This document shows, piece by piece, positions 13,552 through 26,833 of a DNA stretch of 52,843 bases. How positions within the stretch are numbered: position 1 is the stretch's first letter; every line of letters starts with the position of its first letter. The DNA is from Octopus sinensis (Eukaryota). The stretch lies in NCBI RefSeq assembly GCF_006345805.1, contig NW_021833872.1, positions 1-52,843 on the forward strand, written 5' to 3'. The notes under the pieces are model-generated. The model made no database searches. It saw nothing but the letters and a program-made list of their open reading frames with translations, and was not told where the DNA came from. The position numbers and the translations under genes were made by a program.

Positions 13552-13950
13552 TTTTACTTGTTTCAGTCATTTGACTGCGGCCATGCTGGAGCACCGCCTT
13601 TAGTCGAGCAAATCGACCCCGGGACTTATTCTTTGTAAGCCCAGTACTTATTCTATCGGTTTCTTTTTGCCGAACCGCTAAGTGACAGGGGCGTAAACAC
13701 ACCAGCATCGGTTGTCAAGCAATGCTAGGGGGGACAAACACAGACACACAAACATACACACATACATATATATATACATACATATATACGACAGGCTTCT
13801 TTCAGTTTCCGTTTACCAAATCCACTCACAAGGCATTGGTCAGCCCGAGGCTATAGTAGAAGACACTTGCCCAAGATGCCACGCAGTGGGACTGAACCTG
13901 GAACCATGTGGTTGGTTAGCAAGCTACTTACCACACAGCCACTCCTGCGC
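13552..13950 (-). mobile_element. Composite microsatellite-bearing SINE, full length
   Basis: Same family. Other - copies are at 7326-7672, 8620-9007, 21326-21545, 37080-37497, 42600-42820, 50815-50985 and 51301-51471. Confidence 0.85.
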
Positions 13951-14333
13951 TCTATGTTACAAATTTTAATAATTACTGATATTTTTATATTTTACATATT
14001 ATATATGTAAAGCATATGTTATACATGTATGTATATTGTTATAATTCTCCTTTTAGTAAATAAATAAATTGACATAATATAATGTCTAAAAGTTGATGAA
14101 TACCACTTCTTGATCCCCTCCCTTTTCTTATTACTCTATAAATTAATGGTAAAATAACTCTTTACCCTCACCCATTTATTACACTCGGTAATGTAATTAC
14201 CATGCAATGAAAAATCACTTGTGTATTAATAATTAGGTATTTTACCAGTAGTATATTGGATAGATATTATCCCTTAGTTGGTTGGATTCACAACCTCTAA
14301 CTTTCTTGGAATGTATATATATATATATATATT

Positions 14334-14671
14334 ATTAGAATCGAAAGGCCTTAGAGTCAACCTAGCTAAAACCAAAGTCCTAATAAGTAGGAAGGTAGAC
14401 AAACCACAAACCCCTTCAGGTAGATGGCCCACCAAGTGTAAGCTATGGACACATGAGAGGTGCAGCAATATCAAAGGTAGGCTAACTGGGAAGATGCTCA
14501 GGAGCAATAAACCCTGAAAATGTGCAGAGAACAACTTCCGCCACATTCCAGGGAGAAAAACTAGAAATAGTTGATAGCTTCCGTTACCTAGGTGACCAAG
14601 TCAGTAGTGGGGGCGGGTGTGCTGAAAGTGTAACTGCTAGAATAAGAATAGCCTGGGCAAAATTCAGAGAG

Positions 14672-14672
<1 letters not shown>
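14334..14672 (+). mobile_element. RTE-clade LINE ORF2 fragment (post-RT region), degenerate
   Basis: It reads LESKGLRVNLAKTKVLIS...WTHERCSNIKGRL and, after a frameshift, EKLEIVDSFRYLGDQVSSGGGCAESVTARIRIAWAKFREL, typical of RTE. Confidence 0.85.
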
Positions 14673-14710
<38 letters not shown>

Positions 14711-15102
14711 TGTGTTTGTCCCCCCACCATCTCTTGACAACCGATGCTGGTGTGTTTGCGTCCCCGTAACTTTGTGGTTCGGCAAAAGAGACTGACCGAA
14801 TAAGTACTTACTAGGCTTACAAAGAATAAGTCCTGGGCTCGATTTGCTCAACTATAGGTGGTGCTCCAGCATGGCCACAGTCAAATGATTGAAACAAGTA
14901 AAAGAGTACCTGTGGAGTGCTCAGCCACATACACGTTAATTTCACAAGCAGGCTATTCCGTTGATCGGATCAACTGAAACCCTCGTTGTCATAACCAATT
15001 AAGTGACAGTTTATGTGTATAATTAGCAAATATTTTTCAGTGTAACTGGGGTTTTTTTTATGATGGTAGATTAGAATAAAGTTCATTAAGTGATCTATAG
15101 GC

Positions 15103-15502
15103 ACAGGAGTGGCTGTGTGGTAAGTAGCTTGCTAACCAACCACATGGTTCCGGGTTCAGTCCCACTGCATGGCATCTTGGGCAAGTGTCTTCTGCTATAG
15201 CTCCGGGCCGACCAATGCCTTGTGAGTGGATTTGGTAGACGGAAACTGAAAGAAGCCTGTCGTATATATGTATATATATATATGTATGTGTGTGTGTTTG
15301 TGTGTCTGTGTTTGTCCCCCCTAGCATTGCTTGACAACAGATGCTGGTGTGTTTACGTCCCCGTCACTTAGCAGTTTGGCAAAATGAGACCGATAGAATA
15401 AGTACTGGGCTTACAAAGAATAAGTCCCGGGGTCGATATGCTCGACTAAAGGCGGTGCTCCAGCATGGCCACAGTCAAATGACTGAAACAAGTAAAAGAG
15501 AG
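15103..15502 (+). mobile_element. Composite microsatellite-bearing SINE, full length
   Basis: Same family. Other + copies are at 2086-2260, 16160-16515, 23780-24130, 27923-28285 and 51507-51880. Confidence 0.85.
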
Positions 15503-15947
15503 TAATTAATGTGTTAATAAGTGGCATAATTATTTTGATAATTGATTGTATGTACATTATTTGTTAATTAGCTGGAAAGTAGGGTATCATATTGCCGTCA
15601 GCGTACTGATTGAACTGGAAGATTGGAGGAGGGGAGGGCTAAGCTGTCATAATTAATTGAAAAATAAAAGTATTGATTCATATATGAATGATGTTGTAGT
15701 TGTTGTTGTTGTTGTTGTTGTCGTTCTTGTTATTGTTGTGGTTGTTATTCAGTGACTGGATGTCGTCATCATTATCACCACCACCGGAGCCAACAGCCCC
15801 CCCCCCAACACCACCACTAGTTCCGCCATCACCGGCTCCGCAATCACTTTTTCCTTCTCTACCACCACCACCACCTCTACCAACATCACCACTGCCATCA
15901 TCATCATCATCATGATCATCATGAAGTCAATAAAGGAGCATTTACGT

Positions 15948-16097
15948 CAGTCATGGGCAAACTGCGGCCCCGTGTGACTTTCTAAATGGCACACCTAACT
16001 AAAAAAAAAAATTTTTTTTTCTTTAGTAGTGCAGTTCGGCTAATGACGAGTCCACTCCTCATGTGGCCCACTCCTCGAAAAAAGTTTCCCATGCCTG
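15948..16097. mobile_element. hAT (Charlie-like) MITE
   Basis: The TIRs are cagtcatgggcaaact / agtttcccatgcctg. Confidence 0.6.
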
Positions 16098-16325
16098 CTC
16101 TACATGGTCGCAATTTCTGCTAGAAATAACAACCTATCTTACTTGGTTCTTTTCACTATAGGAGTGGCTGTGTGGTAAGTAGCTTGCTTACGAACCACAT
16201 GGTTTTCGGGTTCAGTCCTACTGCGTGACACCTTGGGCAAGTGTCTTCTGCTATAGCCTCGGGCTGACCAAAGCCTTGTAAGTGGATTTGGTAGACGGAA
16301 ACTGAAAGAAGCCTGTCGTATATAT

Positions 16326-16359
<34 letters not shown>

Positions 16360-16737
16360 ATATGCTTGTGTGTCTGTGTTTGTCCCCCCAACATTGCTTG
16401 ACAACTGATGCTGGTGTGTTTACGTTCCAGTAACTTAGCAGTTCAGCAAAAGAGACCGATAGAATATGTACTAGGCTTACAAAGAATAAGTCCTGGGGTC
16501 GATTTGCTTGACTAAATCTCATCGTAGTTTAAAACGAAAAGTGAAAACAAATGTATCCAGGATAACGTAGGTCAAGGGTTCTCAACCATTTTTAACCTAT
16601 GGATCCCCTTGATTCCTACGTCCCTTGGGTGGACTCCCATAGCTATTCAATGTTTAAAAATTCCTATTGTAATTAGTGGATCCCTAATTTACTATATCGA
16701 TACTGTGGACCTCTCCACCCTACCAAAAAGTCTTATA

Positions 16738-16955
16738 TGTATTTCTTTACTACCCACAGAGAGGACAAACAAGGACAGACAAACGGATCAAGTCGATTAC
16801 ATCGACCCCAGTGCGTAACTGGTACTTAATTTATCGACCCCGAAAGGATGAAAGGCAAAGTCGACCTCGGCGGAATTTGAACCCAGAACGTAATGGCAGA
16901 CGAAATACAGCTATGCATTTCGCCCGGCATGCTAACGCTTCTGCCAGTTCGCCGC
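16738..16955 (-). mobile_element. Meta-type SINE monomer
   Basis: Same family. Other partial copies are at 1-105, 3036-3250, 20930-21260 and 40955-41110. Confidence 0.8.
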
Positions 16956-17619
16956 CTGTCTTATATGGATACCCAGCATCTATATGAACCCCTGCTGAGA
17001 ACTTCTAATGTAGGTATAGTGCTGGTTTGCTTAAGTCTCTGTAACTTAGCAGTTCGGCAAAAGAAATTGAAAGAATATGTCCCAGATCTAAAATAAGTAC
17101 AGGGATTGATTCTTTTTTTTCAACTAAACATTGCCCCAGCATGGCCGAAGTCTAACGACTGAAACAAGTAAAGTATGAGATAATAGATAAAGGTATTGGC
17201 AATCCTGACAACCCCACTGTCTTTAAAGAAACGGCTAAGTCTACCTTGTCTAATATTTTCCTACTTTACGAACTAAAGGAATTCAGCTGTTATTTCTAGC
17301 AGATTGAGCACCAATCAGAGCGTTTTCCATTGGTTAATGGGATTGTACGTGTGTGGGGGTGTAGGGGAGGGGGAGGGGCGTTATGTGACATTTTTTTTTA
17401 TTTTTCAGTTAATTAGGTTTAATCAGCAGCTAAATAAAATAAAAAGAATAAAATACAAAGTTTTAAATAATTACTCTTTGACCTTCTGATGTAACCTTGA
17501 CCTTATAATCAGGACAGAAAAGGTGTGATGTGGACCTATTGTTTTTTTTTGTTTTTCTCTTCTTTTCTTTTTTTTTTAGGATCTTGTGGACGGAAACAAT
17601 GACAAGTCCACACTTTATG

Positions 17620-18056
17620 TTATATCATTGCTATCATCATTATCATCATCATCATCATCATTGTTACTGTCATCATCATCATCAACATCAGCAGCAGCAG
17701 CATCCCCATTGTCATCATCATCCACACTATAAACAATAACAATATTACCACCACCATCACCACTTTCAACAACTCCACCACCACTACCACCACCACCACC
17801 ACCGCTTTCACCACCACTTTCACCACTATCACCACTGTCACTGCTACCACTACCATCACTACCACCATCACTACCACCACCACCACCACCACCACCACTA
17901 CTTTCACCACCGTCATCACTACTACAACCACCACCACCACCACCACCACTTTTACCACTATCACTGCTACCACCACCATCACTACCACCACCACTACTTT
18001 CACCACCATCATCACTACTACAACCACCACCACCACCATACTTATCATCATCATCG
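17620..18056. repeat. (CAT)n/(CAC)n/(TAC)n low-complexity tract
   Basis: Mixed trinucleotide runs with internal block duplications. Confidence 0.9.
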
Positions 18057-18155
18057 TTATATGAAATCACTTGTTTATATTGGTTTGTTTGCTTCTAACA
18101 GACAATAAAGACATTGCAAGTGAGAAGTGTCAATTAATACAACCATATTGTATTA

Positions 18156-18193
<38 letters not shown>

Positions 18194-18221
18194 TAATAAT
18201 TAATAATAATAATAATAATAA

Positions 18222-18880
18222 ATGCCCTGATGCAGTACCAGGCAGTGGCTCTCATGGCTTCTGATCTTAACTGATTGGAAGTGTTATCATGTACATTGTT
18301 CTCTCTTGGTATAAAAGATGGGCTACAGCAAATATTCTGCTCAATACCACAGATTTGCTTGTCAGTTGTTTGACCTTAACCAGTTGAGCATGTCCCTTAG
18401 TGGCTGACGATATGTGCATCTCTGATCACGAGCAGAAGTAGTGGGGGAGCATCATAGCCATGTGTTGAGAAGGATTCTTTGGGGTTTGAATAATTCACCT
18501 CTGGAGACATGGGTGGTTTTTTCAACATCCTTAGACAACCCTTATTCAGGGACCGTTTGAGCGGGATGGGCTACTCAACCTGAAGAAAATTTTAACTGGG
18601 CCCCACCTGCAAGGTCATGTGCAGTTTATCTTGATATGAGATCACCATGTCGCACACATATGGTTGTGATGAGCAGAATATTTGCTGTAGCCCATCTTTT
18701 ATACCAAGAGAGAACAATGTACATGATAACACTTCCAATCAGTTAAGATCAGAAGCCATGAGAGCCACTGCCTGGTACTGCCTAGTGTGCCCTTATCAGA
18801 CGGGTAGTCATGATGGGTATATTGGGCTTCGTATATTTTACCCCAGTGTCACTTTGATGGCATGAACTGCTCTCTCACTC
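18222..18880 (+). mobile_element. (TAA)n-associated element with an internal inverted duplication
   Basis: It has the same ends as 41956-42510. Bases ~18671-18781 are the reverse complement of its own 5' part. Confidence 0.8.
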
Positions 18881-19611
18881 AATAATAATAATAATAATAC
18901 TGCCTGATACTGCCCTGATGCAGTACCAGGCAGTGGCTCTCATGGCTTCTAATAATAATGCTTTCTGTTATAGGCACAAGGCCTGAAATTTTGGGGAGTG
19001 GGGCTAGTTGATTACACTGACCTCAGTGCTTCACTGGTACTTAAAATTTATCAGAACGCAGTGGCAGGCGAAATACCGCTAAGCATTTCATCTGGTGTAC
19101 TAAAGTTTCTGCCAACTCACTGCCTTAGTTGATATTAATATTAGCAGCTATTATAGTTATTAGTGGTTGCAATTGTCATACAGTACAAAATAAATTCAAA
19201 TATTGAACACTGAAGAGGGAAAAGACTTCTTGTTCAGTCATCAATTTATTGTAAGAAATCATATCCTTTAAAACCACCATGCTTCCTGAAATTCGCCAAC
19301 ACTGCACCTGATATCCACCCTCTCCATACGAATACACACATGTATATCATGACTCATACAGTGTTCAGCTTCCTGACTTTTGCACATAATTCCATGTAGT
19401 GTACATGCACATTTGATGAGTTGTAGCACACCTGATCTCTGTACACAATAATTTCATTATCATTATTTTAATTTAATGTATTTAGAGTCGGGGACCCCCT
19501 TCGGTCATGAATGACCGCGGAACTGCAGCTACAAAGTTACCCTCCAAGACACAAGTCTGGACAAGGTTGTTTATGGAAGACCAACAGATAAATAGATAGA
19601 CAGAGAGATAG

Positions 19612-19654
<43 letters not shown>

Positions 19655-20473
19655 ACACAGCGCACTGCTAGTCTAGGAATTGAGGGCACGATCACAAGAT
19701 CTGAGCCACATGTCTTTATTATGCATGTGTGTGTGTATTTGTCTCTGTATATGTGCTTATCCTCTACCACACACATTCTTGACAACCAGTGTTGGTTTGT
19801 TTACGTTTTTCTAACTTAGAGATTCGTCAAAAGAGATTGAATTGACTGAGTAGCAAACTTAGAAAGATAAACACCAAGATGGATCTACTGGACTAAACCC
19901 TTCAAGGCAATGCCCTCTGCATGGCTGCTGTCCAATGACTGAAACACCATCATCATCATCATCATCATCGTTTAACGTCCGCTTTCCATACTAGCATGGG
20001 TTGGACGATTTTGACTGAGGGCTGGCGAACCAGATGGCCGCACCAGACTCCAATCTTGATTTGGCAGAGTTTCTACAGCTGGATGCCCTTCCTAACGCCA
20101 ACCACTCCTAGAGTGTAGTGAGTGCTTTTTACATGCCACCAGCACAGGGGCCAGTCAGGTGGAACTGGTAATGACCTCGCTCGAATCTTTTTACACATGC
20201 CACCGGCACAGGCGCCAGTAAGGTGACGCTGGTAATGATCACGCTTGAATGGTGCCTTTTATGTGCCACTGGCATGGAAGCCAGTTGGCTGCTCTGACAA
20301 CGATCACGCTTGGATGGTGCTCTTGGCACCCTACTAGCACGGGCACAAGTACCAGTAAGGTGGCACTGGTAACAATCATGCTCGAATGGTGCCTTTTATG
20401 TGCCACTGGCATGGAAGCCGGTTAAGAATAAAAGATGAAACATAAAAGATACAAACATTTGCAATTCTCTTAC

Positions 20474-20760
20474 CCCTGCTGTTGTTCTCTTGGTTCTGCA
20501 CCATTTTCCTCATTTTCAGAATCTTCCTTGGTTTTATGTTGTTGTAAAGCCAACTGGCCATTGTCCAAACTGACTGGATCTTTCACAGACAAGCATATTT
20601 TGCACTCACAGTATGAAGGAGAGATACATTCTGGTGTTGTTGTCACTGTTGTTGTTGTTTTCCATGAGTTGTCGAAATCCTCGAATTTCTTCAAGACAGG
20701 TATCGAACCTGTTATAGCGAAAATATCCACTTTCTCTTTGGCACCGCATTGCAAATTTTT
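20474..20760 (-). CDS. Internal coding exon of an uncharacterised gene
   Basis: The acceptor is cttctctcttctgtttatttcag| and the donor is CAGGG|gtaaga. The 287 nt are open in frame 0: KNLQCGAKEKVDIFAITGSIPVLKKFEDFDNSWKTTTTVTTTPECISPSYCECKICLSVKDPVSLDNGQLALQQHKTKEDSENEENGAEPREQQQG. The sequence is unique and non-repetitive. I recognise no family. Confidence 0.65.
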
Positions 20761-21540
20761 CTGAAATAAACAGAAGAGAGAAGATTACTGTTAGAAACCT
20801 TAAAGAATGATCATAGCCTCCTCATCTTCTTCCTCCACCTTCTTCTCCGGCTTCATCATCTTTTATCTTTTAACATGGCAAGATGGCAGAAATGATAGCA
20901 TGGCAGGCACAATGCTTAGTGGTGTTTTGTCTGTCTTTACATCTGAGTCCAAATTTCGCCGAGGTCAACTTTACCTTTCATCCTTTCGGGGTCGATTAAA
21001 TAAGTACCAGTTATGCACTGGGGTCGATATAATCGACTTAATCCCTTTGTTTGTCCTCTCTATGTTTAGGCCCCTGTGGGCAATAAAGAAACAAATATTT
21101 TATTGGCAATGAGCTGGCACAAACATTAACAACCCGGACAAAATACTTTGCGGTATTAATCCGTCCTTTTATACTGAGTTCAAATTCCGCCGAGGTTGAC
21201 TTTGCCTTTCATCCTTTTGGGGTCGATAAATTAAGTACCAGTTGTGTTCTGGGATCAATGTAATTGACTGGCCCCTCCCCCACCCCAAATGATTTCGGGC
21301 CTTGTGCCTAGAGTAGAAAAGATTATCTTTTATCTTTTACTTGTTTCGGTCATTAGATTATGGCCATGTTGGGGCACCACTTTGAAGGAATTTAGTTGAG
21401 CAAATTGAACCAAAGCCTTCTGAGTGGATTTGGTAGATGGAAACTGAAAGAAGCCTGTCGTATATATGTATATATATATGTATGTGTGTGTGAATATGTT
21501 TGTGTGTCTGTGTTTGTCCCACACCGTAGCTTAGCGGTTT

Positions 21541-21930
21541 GGCTCAGAAACCTGGACATTATCAAAGAAGCTTGAGAGGCGGTTGGATGGAACTTACACT
21601 CGCCTCCTTATGAGAGCTCAAAATCTCTCGTGGAAGCATCATCCAACCAAAGTACAAATATATGGGGAATTACCACCTGTATCATCTCCTGTGAAAGGTA
21701 GAAGAGTCCAGTTTGCTGGACATTGTTGTAGAGCTGAAAACGAGGTAATTTCTACTCTTCTCCTCTGGAAACCATCTGCTCGCGATACCAGTGGGTGCAC
21801 ACTCTCCTACCCTGATGTAATCTCCAGGGATACAGGCATCCAGCAACAGGACCTCTGTAATGCTATGATGAACCGTGAAGTCTGGCGTAACATAGTAAAT
21901 TCCATTGTCTCGACCACGGTCAAACAATGA
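21541..21930 (+). mobile_element. 5'-truncated RTE-like LINE 3' end, copy 1
   Basis: It reads SETWTLSKKLERRLDGTYTRLLMRAQNLSW...RRVQFAGHC...WRNIVNSIVSTTVKQ-stop, followed by a (TGAA)-type tail. Confidence 0.8.
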
Positions 21931-22227
21931 ATGAATTTATACTTCTTTTATTTATCAAAATTAAGATAAACAAAGTTCTTTCACTAAAGTCTTTAATCTT
22001 TTCTCAGTTAAAGAGGATTCCTTATATTCAAGTAATGGGAGAATGTATATGCTGCAACAGGTAAATGGCGAACGATTCTACAGTCACAGACAAAAAGAAG
22101 GTATTCATCGTCGTCGTCATCACCGTCGAACCTGTCATCACCATCATAACCATCCCCACCACTACCATCATCATCATCATCATCATCATAATTTAACATC
22201 TATTTACCATGCTGGCATGGGTTGGAC

Positions 22228-22261
<34 letters not shown>

Positions 22262-22316
22262 GACAGGTTCTATCTGCTTTGGCATGGTCCCTACAGCTTG
22301 ATGCCCTTCCTAATAC

Positions 22317-22910
22317 CTATTTCTTTACTACACACCAGGGGCTAAACACAGAGGGGACGAACAAGGACAGACCAGCGGATTAAGCCGATTACATCGACCC
22401 CAGTGTTTAACTGGTACTTAATTTATCGACCCCAAAAGGATGAAAGGCAAAGTCAACCTTGGCGGAATTTGAACTCAGAATGTATCGATGGGTGAAATAC
22501 CTATTTCTTTACTACCCACAAGGGGATAAACACAGAGGGGATGAACAAGGACAGACAAAGGGATTAAGTCGATTACATCGACCCCAGTGCATAACTGGTA
22601 CTTAATTTATCGACCCCGAATGGATGAAAGTTGACCTCGGCAGAATTTGAACTCAGAACGTAACGACAGACAAAATACCTATTTCTTTACTACCCACAGG
22701 GGCTAAACACAGGGAGGACAAACAAGGACAGACAAACGGATTAAGTCGATTATATCGACCCCAGTGTGTAACTGGTACTTAATTCATCGACCCCAAAAGA
22801 ATGAAAGGCAAAGTCAACCTCGGCGGAATTTGAACTCAGAACGTAACGGCAGACGAAATACAGCTACGCATTTCGCCTGGCGTGCTAACGTTTCTGCCAG
22901 CTCGCCACCT
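22317..22910 (-). mobile_element. Meta-type SINE trimer
   Basis: Same family on the minus strand. Confidence 0.85.
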
Positions 22911-23389
22911 TATTTTTTTTGAGCAACGTAAAATAAAGTGTTTTGCTCAAGAACACAATGTGTTGTCTGGTCCAGGAATTGAAACCACAATCTTACGATC
23001 ATGGTGCTGACACCCTAACCACTAAGCCACACGCCTTCCTAATACCATCCACTCCAAAAGTGTAGTGGGTGCTTTTTACATGCCACCAGCACAAGTGCCA
23101 GTTATGAAACACTGGCATCATCCATGTCTATAATCCCACTTGGTTTGAAAGGCCTTCTCAAGCACCGTATATTGCCAAAGGCCTTGGTCATAAAAACGAA
23201 CCACATCCTCATTAAAAGAATATTCCAAAGTGATTCCTTTTCACCATTCCCTTTCTGTCTGGTATTAACACCCTTAACCAACATGTTAAACCTGGGTTGA
23301 TTTTAATATAAGCAATTTGAATAAACAGAAAGCAATTCTCCAGGGAATTATAAAAGGGGGGAATTATAGAAACCAACCCCACCTCTATT

Positions 23390-23640
23390 CAGAGAGGAAC
23401 ATTCCAGAGTGAGTCACAGCTTCTCTTCACTCATTTTCTGTCTTGTACTATGTTAAATCAAACTGGATTCAGATACAAATGCTATTACAGGACACTTGAC
23501 CAATTTTTATATATGGGTGACCTCAAAGTATACACTGCAAGACGATAACCTAGAAGTACTGATATAAGCAGGTCAAGGATTTACTGGAGAAATTCATATG
23601 AAATTCTATGTAGAAACATCAGTGAAGATAATATTAATGA
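23390..23640 (+). mobile_element. Degenerate R4/Dong-like reverse transcriptase fragment
   Basis: It reads FQSESQLLF...MLNQTGFRY...FLYMGDLKVY, a decayed IFQGDSLSPLLF / LLYMDDLKLY. Confidence 0.55.
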
Positions 23641-25429
23641 GAGAAAATTAATTAAAAAAACATACTCATGTTATATAAGATACAAAAACTGTGATGAAAG
23701 AATTAAAGCAAATACACTTTCAAATAATTAAGAAGTAATTAAATACACATGAGTACAACCCATAAAAATAAAACAAAATGTGTGGAAGATTGCTTACGAA
23801 CCACATGGTTCCGGGTTCAGTCCCACTGCGTGGCACCTTGGGCAAGTATCTTCTACTATAGCCTCGGGCCAGCCAAAGCCTTGTGAGTGGATTTGGCAGA
23901 CGGAAACTGAAAGAAGCCCGTTGTATATATGTATATATATATATATATGTGTGTGTGTGTATATGTTTGTGTGTCTATGTCTGTCCCCCCAACATCGCTT
24001 GACAACCAATGCTGGTGTGTTTACGTCGCTGTAACTTAGCGGTTCAGCAAAAGAGACCGATAGAATAAGTACTAGGCTTACAAAGAATAAGTCCTGGGGG
24101 TCAATTTGCTCGACTAAAGGTGGTGTTCCAGGAGCTAATTTTGACCATTTGCTTACTAAAATATTTCATGAAAATCTTACAGGCAGCAAACTGGTGGAAA
24201 TGTTAGCAGGCTGGGTAAAATGCTTAACTGTACTGTGTCCATCTTTATGTTCATCATCATCATCATCATCATCGTTTAACATCTGTCTTCCATGCTAGCA
24301 TGGGTGGGAAGGTTTCAGAAGAGCTGGCCAGGCCAAAGCCTGCACCAGACTTCTGTGTCTGTTTTGGCAGGATTTTTATAGCTGGATGCCCTTCCTAACA
24401 CCAACCACCCAGCAGAGCCGACTTAGTGCAAAGTTTCTACAGATGGATGCCCTCCCTAATGCCATATATTACCCAGTATATACTTACTTCTGTATGTGTA
24501 TGTGAATGTGTGTGGATAAGAATGTATGTATGTATTTATGTATGTACGTATGTATGTATGTATGTATGTATGTACGTATGTATGTATGTATGAATGTATG
24601 TATTTATGTATGTATTTATGTATATATTTATGTATGTGCTTGTGACGGTCCCTCATCAAAGCTTGATAGCTGGTATTGGTTTGTTTGTGTCCCCATAACT
24701 TAGCAGTTCAGCAAGGACAACTGATAGATTAAGTACCATCATCATCATCATCATCATAATCATCGTTTAACGTCTGCTTTCCATGCTAGCATGGGTTGGA
24801 CGGTTCGACCGGGGTCTGGGAAGCCAGGAGGCTGCACCAGGCCCAGTCTGATCTAGCAGTGTTTCTACAGCTGGATGCCCTTCCTAACGCCAACCACTCC
24901 GTGAGTGTAGTGGGTACTTTTTACGTGCCACCAGCATGGGTGCCTGGTGATGCTGGCAACGGCCATGATTGGTTGGCGCTTTTTATGTGCAGATTTTAAA
25001 AATATGTACTTGAATTGATTTGTCCCACCAAAGCCCTGGAGGTGGTGCCCCAGCATGGCCACAGTCCAATGAGTGAAACAAGCAAAAGATAAAAACAACA
25101 GGCAAACTAGTCCATGGATACGTTATAAAAGAGACATGTTGTTGTTGTTGTTTGTCCCTTAATAAGGGCCAGTTTCCCGGTTTCATTGGTGTATAGGTTC
25201 CCCATCTGGACACGATGCCACTCCATCGCAGGTGCGCTGCTAGATGCAGGAGGAAAGAGTGTTCTGCTGGAACCGTGTGAAGCTTAGACATATTGCTCAT
25301 AGACACACACATCACCTAGTCTGAGATTCAAACCCGCGATCCCTTGACTGCGAATCCACCGCTCTAACCACTAGGCTATGTGCCCCCCACAAAAGAGACA
25401 CATACTTCAAGAAATAGTGGTTTCTGACA

Positions 25430-26420
25430 GCTCACCGTCTTCCTGGAATTTGAACTCAGAACGTAGCAGCAGACGAAAAACCTATTTCTTTACTACCACA
25501 AGTTTTAGTAATTTAGTATTTAATCAACCCCGAAAGGATGAAAGGCAAAGTCGACTTCAGCAGAATTTGAACTCAGAACGTAGTGGCGGAAAAAATACCA
25601 CAAAGTGTTTTACCCGGTGTGCTAACAACTCTGCCAGTTTGCCACCTTATGCTAATAAAATTCTAAGTTCAAATTTTGGTACAAGGCCAGCAATTTGGGG
25701 GCAGAGAGTAAGTTGGTTACATGGATCCCAGAAATCAACTGGTACTTATTTTATTGACCCCAAAAAGATGAAAGGCAAAGTCGACCTTGGTAGAATTTGA
25801 ACTCAGAACATAAAATGAACGAAATACGTATTTCTTTACTACCCACAAGGGGCTAAACACTGAGAGGACAAACAAGGACAGACAAACAGATTAAGTCGAT
25901 TACATCGACCCCAGTGCATAACTGGTACTTATTCAATCGACCCCAAAAGGATGAAAGGCAAAGTCAACCTCAGTAGAATTTGAACTCAGAACGTAGCAGC
26001 AGACGAAATACCTATTTCTTTACTACCCACAAGGGGCTAAACACATAGAGGACAAACAGAGGGATTAAGTCGATTACATCGACCCCAGTGCGTAACTGGC
26101 ACTTAATTTATCAACCCCGAAAGGATGAAAGGCAAAGTCGACCTCGGTGGAATTTGAACTCAGAACGTAGCAGCAGACGAAATACCTATTTCTTTACTAC
26201 CCACAAGGGGCTGAACACAGAGAGGACAAACAAGGACGGACAAATGGATTAAGTCGATTACATCGACCCCAGTGCATAATTGGTACTTATTCAATCGACC
26301 CCAAAAGGATGAAAGGCAAAGTCGACCTCGGCGGAATTTGAACTCAGAATGTAACGGCAGACGAAATACTGCTAAGCATTTCGCCCGGCGTGCTAATGAT
26401 TCTGCCAGCTTGCCACCTTA
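25430..26420 (-). mobile_element. Cluster of Meta-type SINEs including a trimer (about 25800-26420)
   Basis: Repeated bodies with the tacc/tatttctttactacccac junction. Confidence 0.8.
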
Positions 26421-26454
26421 CATAGTAAAATATCAATGACGATGACGATGATGA

Positions 26455-26790
26455 TGACCCCCTTCAGTCATGAATGACCATGGGATTGCACCTAGAAAGT
26501 TACCCTCTGAGGTACAAGTCCAGGAAAGGTTGTTTATGGAAGACCAGCAGTCGCCCATGCTTGCCAGCCTCACCTCACCATGCCACCAATGTTATCCAAG
26601 GGAAAGGCAAAGGGGCCGATACAGCTTGCACCCGTGACGTCGCAACTCATTTCTACAGCTGAGTGAACTGGAGCAACATGAAATAAAGTGTCTTGCTCAA
26701 GAACACAACACGCAGCCCGGCCCGGGAATCGAACTCACAGCCTCATGATCGTAAACTCGATGCTCTAACCACTGAGCCATACACCTTCAC
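26455..26790 (-). mobile_element. tRNA-derived SINE (fourth family)
   Basis: The minus-strand head is tggctcagtggttagagc...gagttcgattccc, with a ttcttgagcaagacactt core. Fragments occur at 19485-19585, 22915-23040 and 25298-25383. Confidence 0.7.
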
Positions 26791-26833
26791 AGTAAAATAT
26801 CAATACACGAATTAAAATTAAAATTCTACCTAC

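Noticed and set aside
17615-18070. 151-aa Gly/Ser/Asp-rich ORF
   Set aside because: It is a trinucleotide low-complexity tract that is also open as poly-Val/Met in another frame. Such tracts are common in this window.
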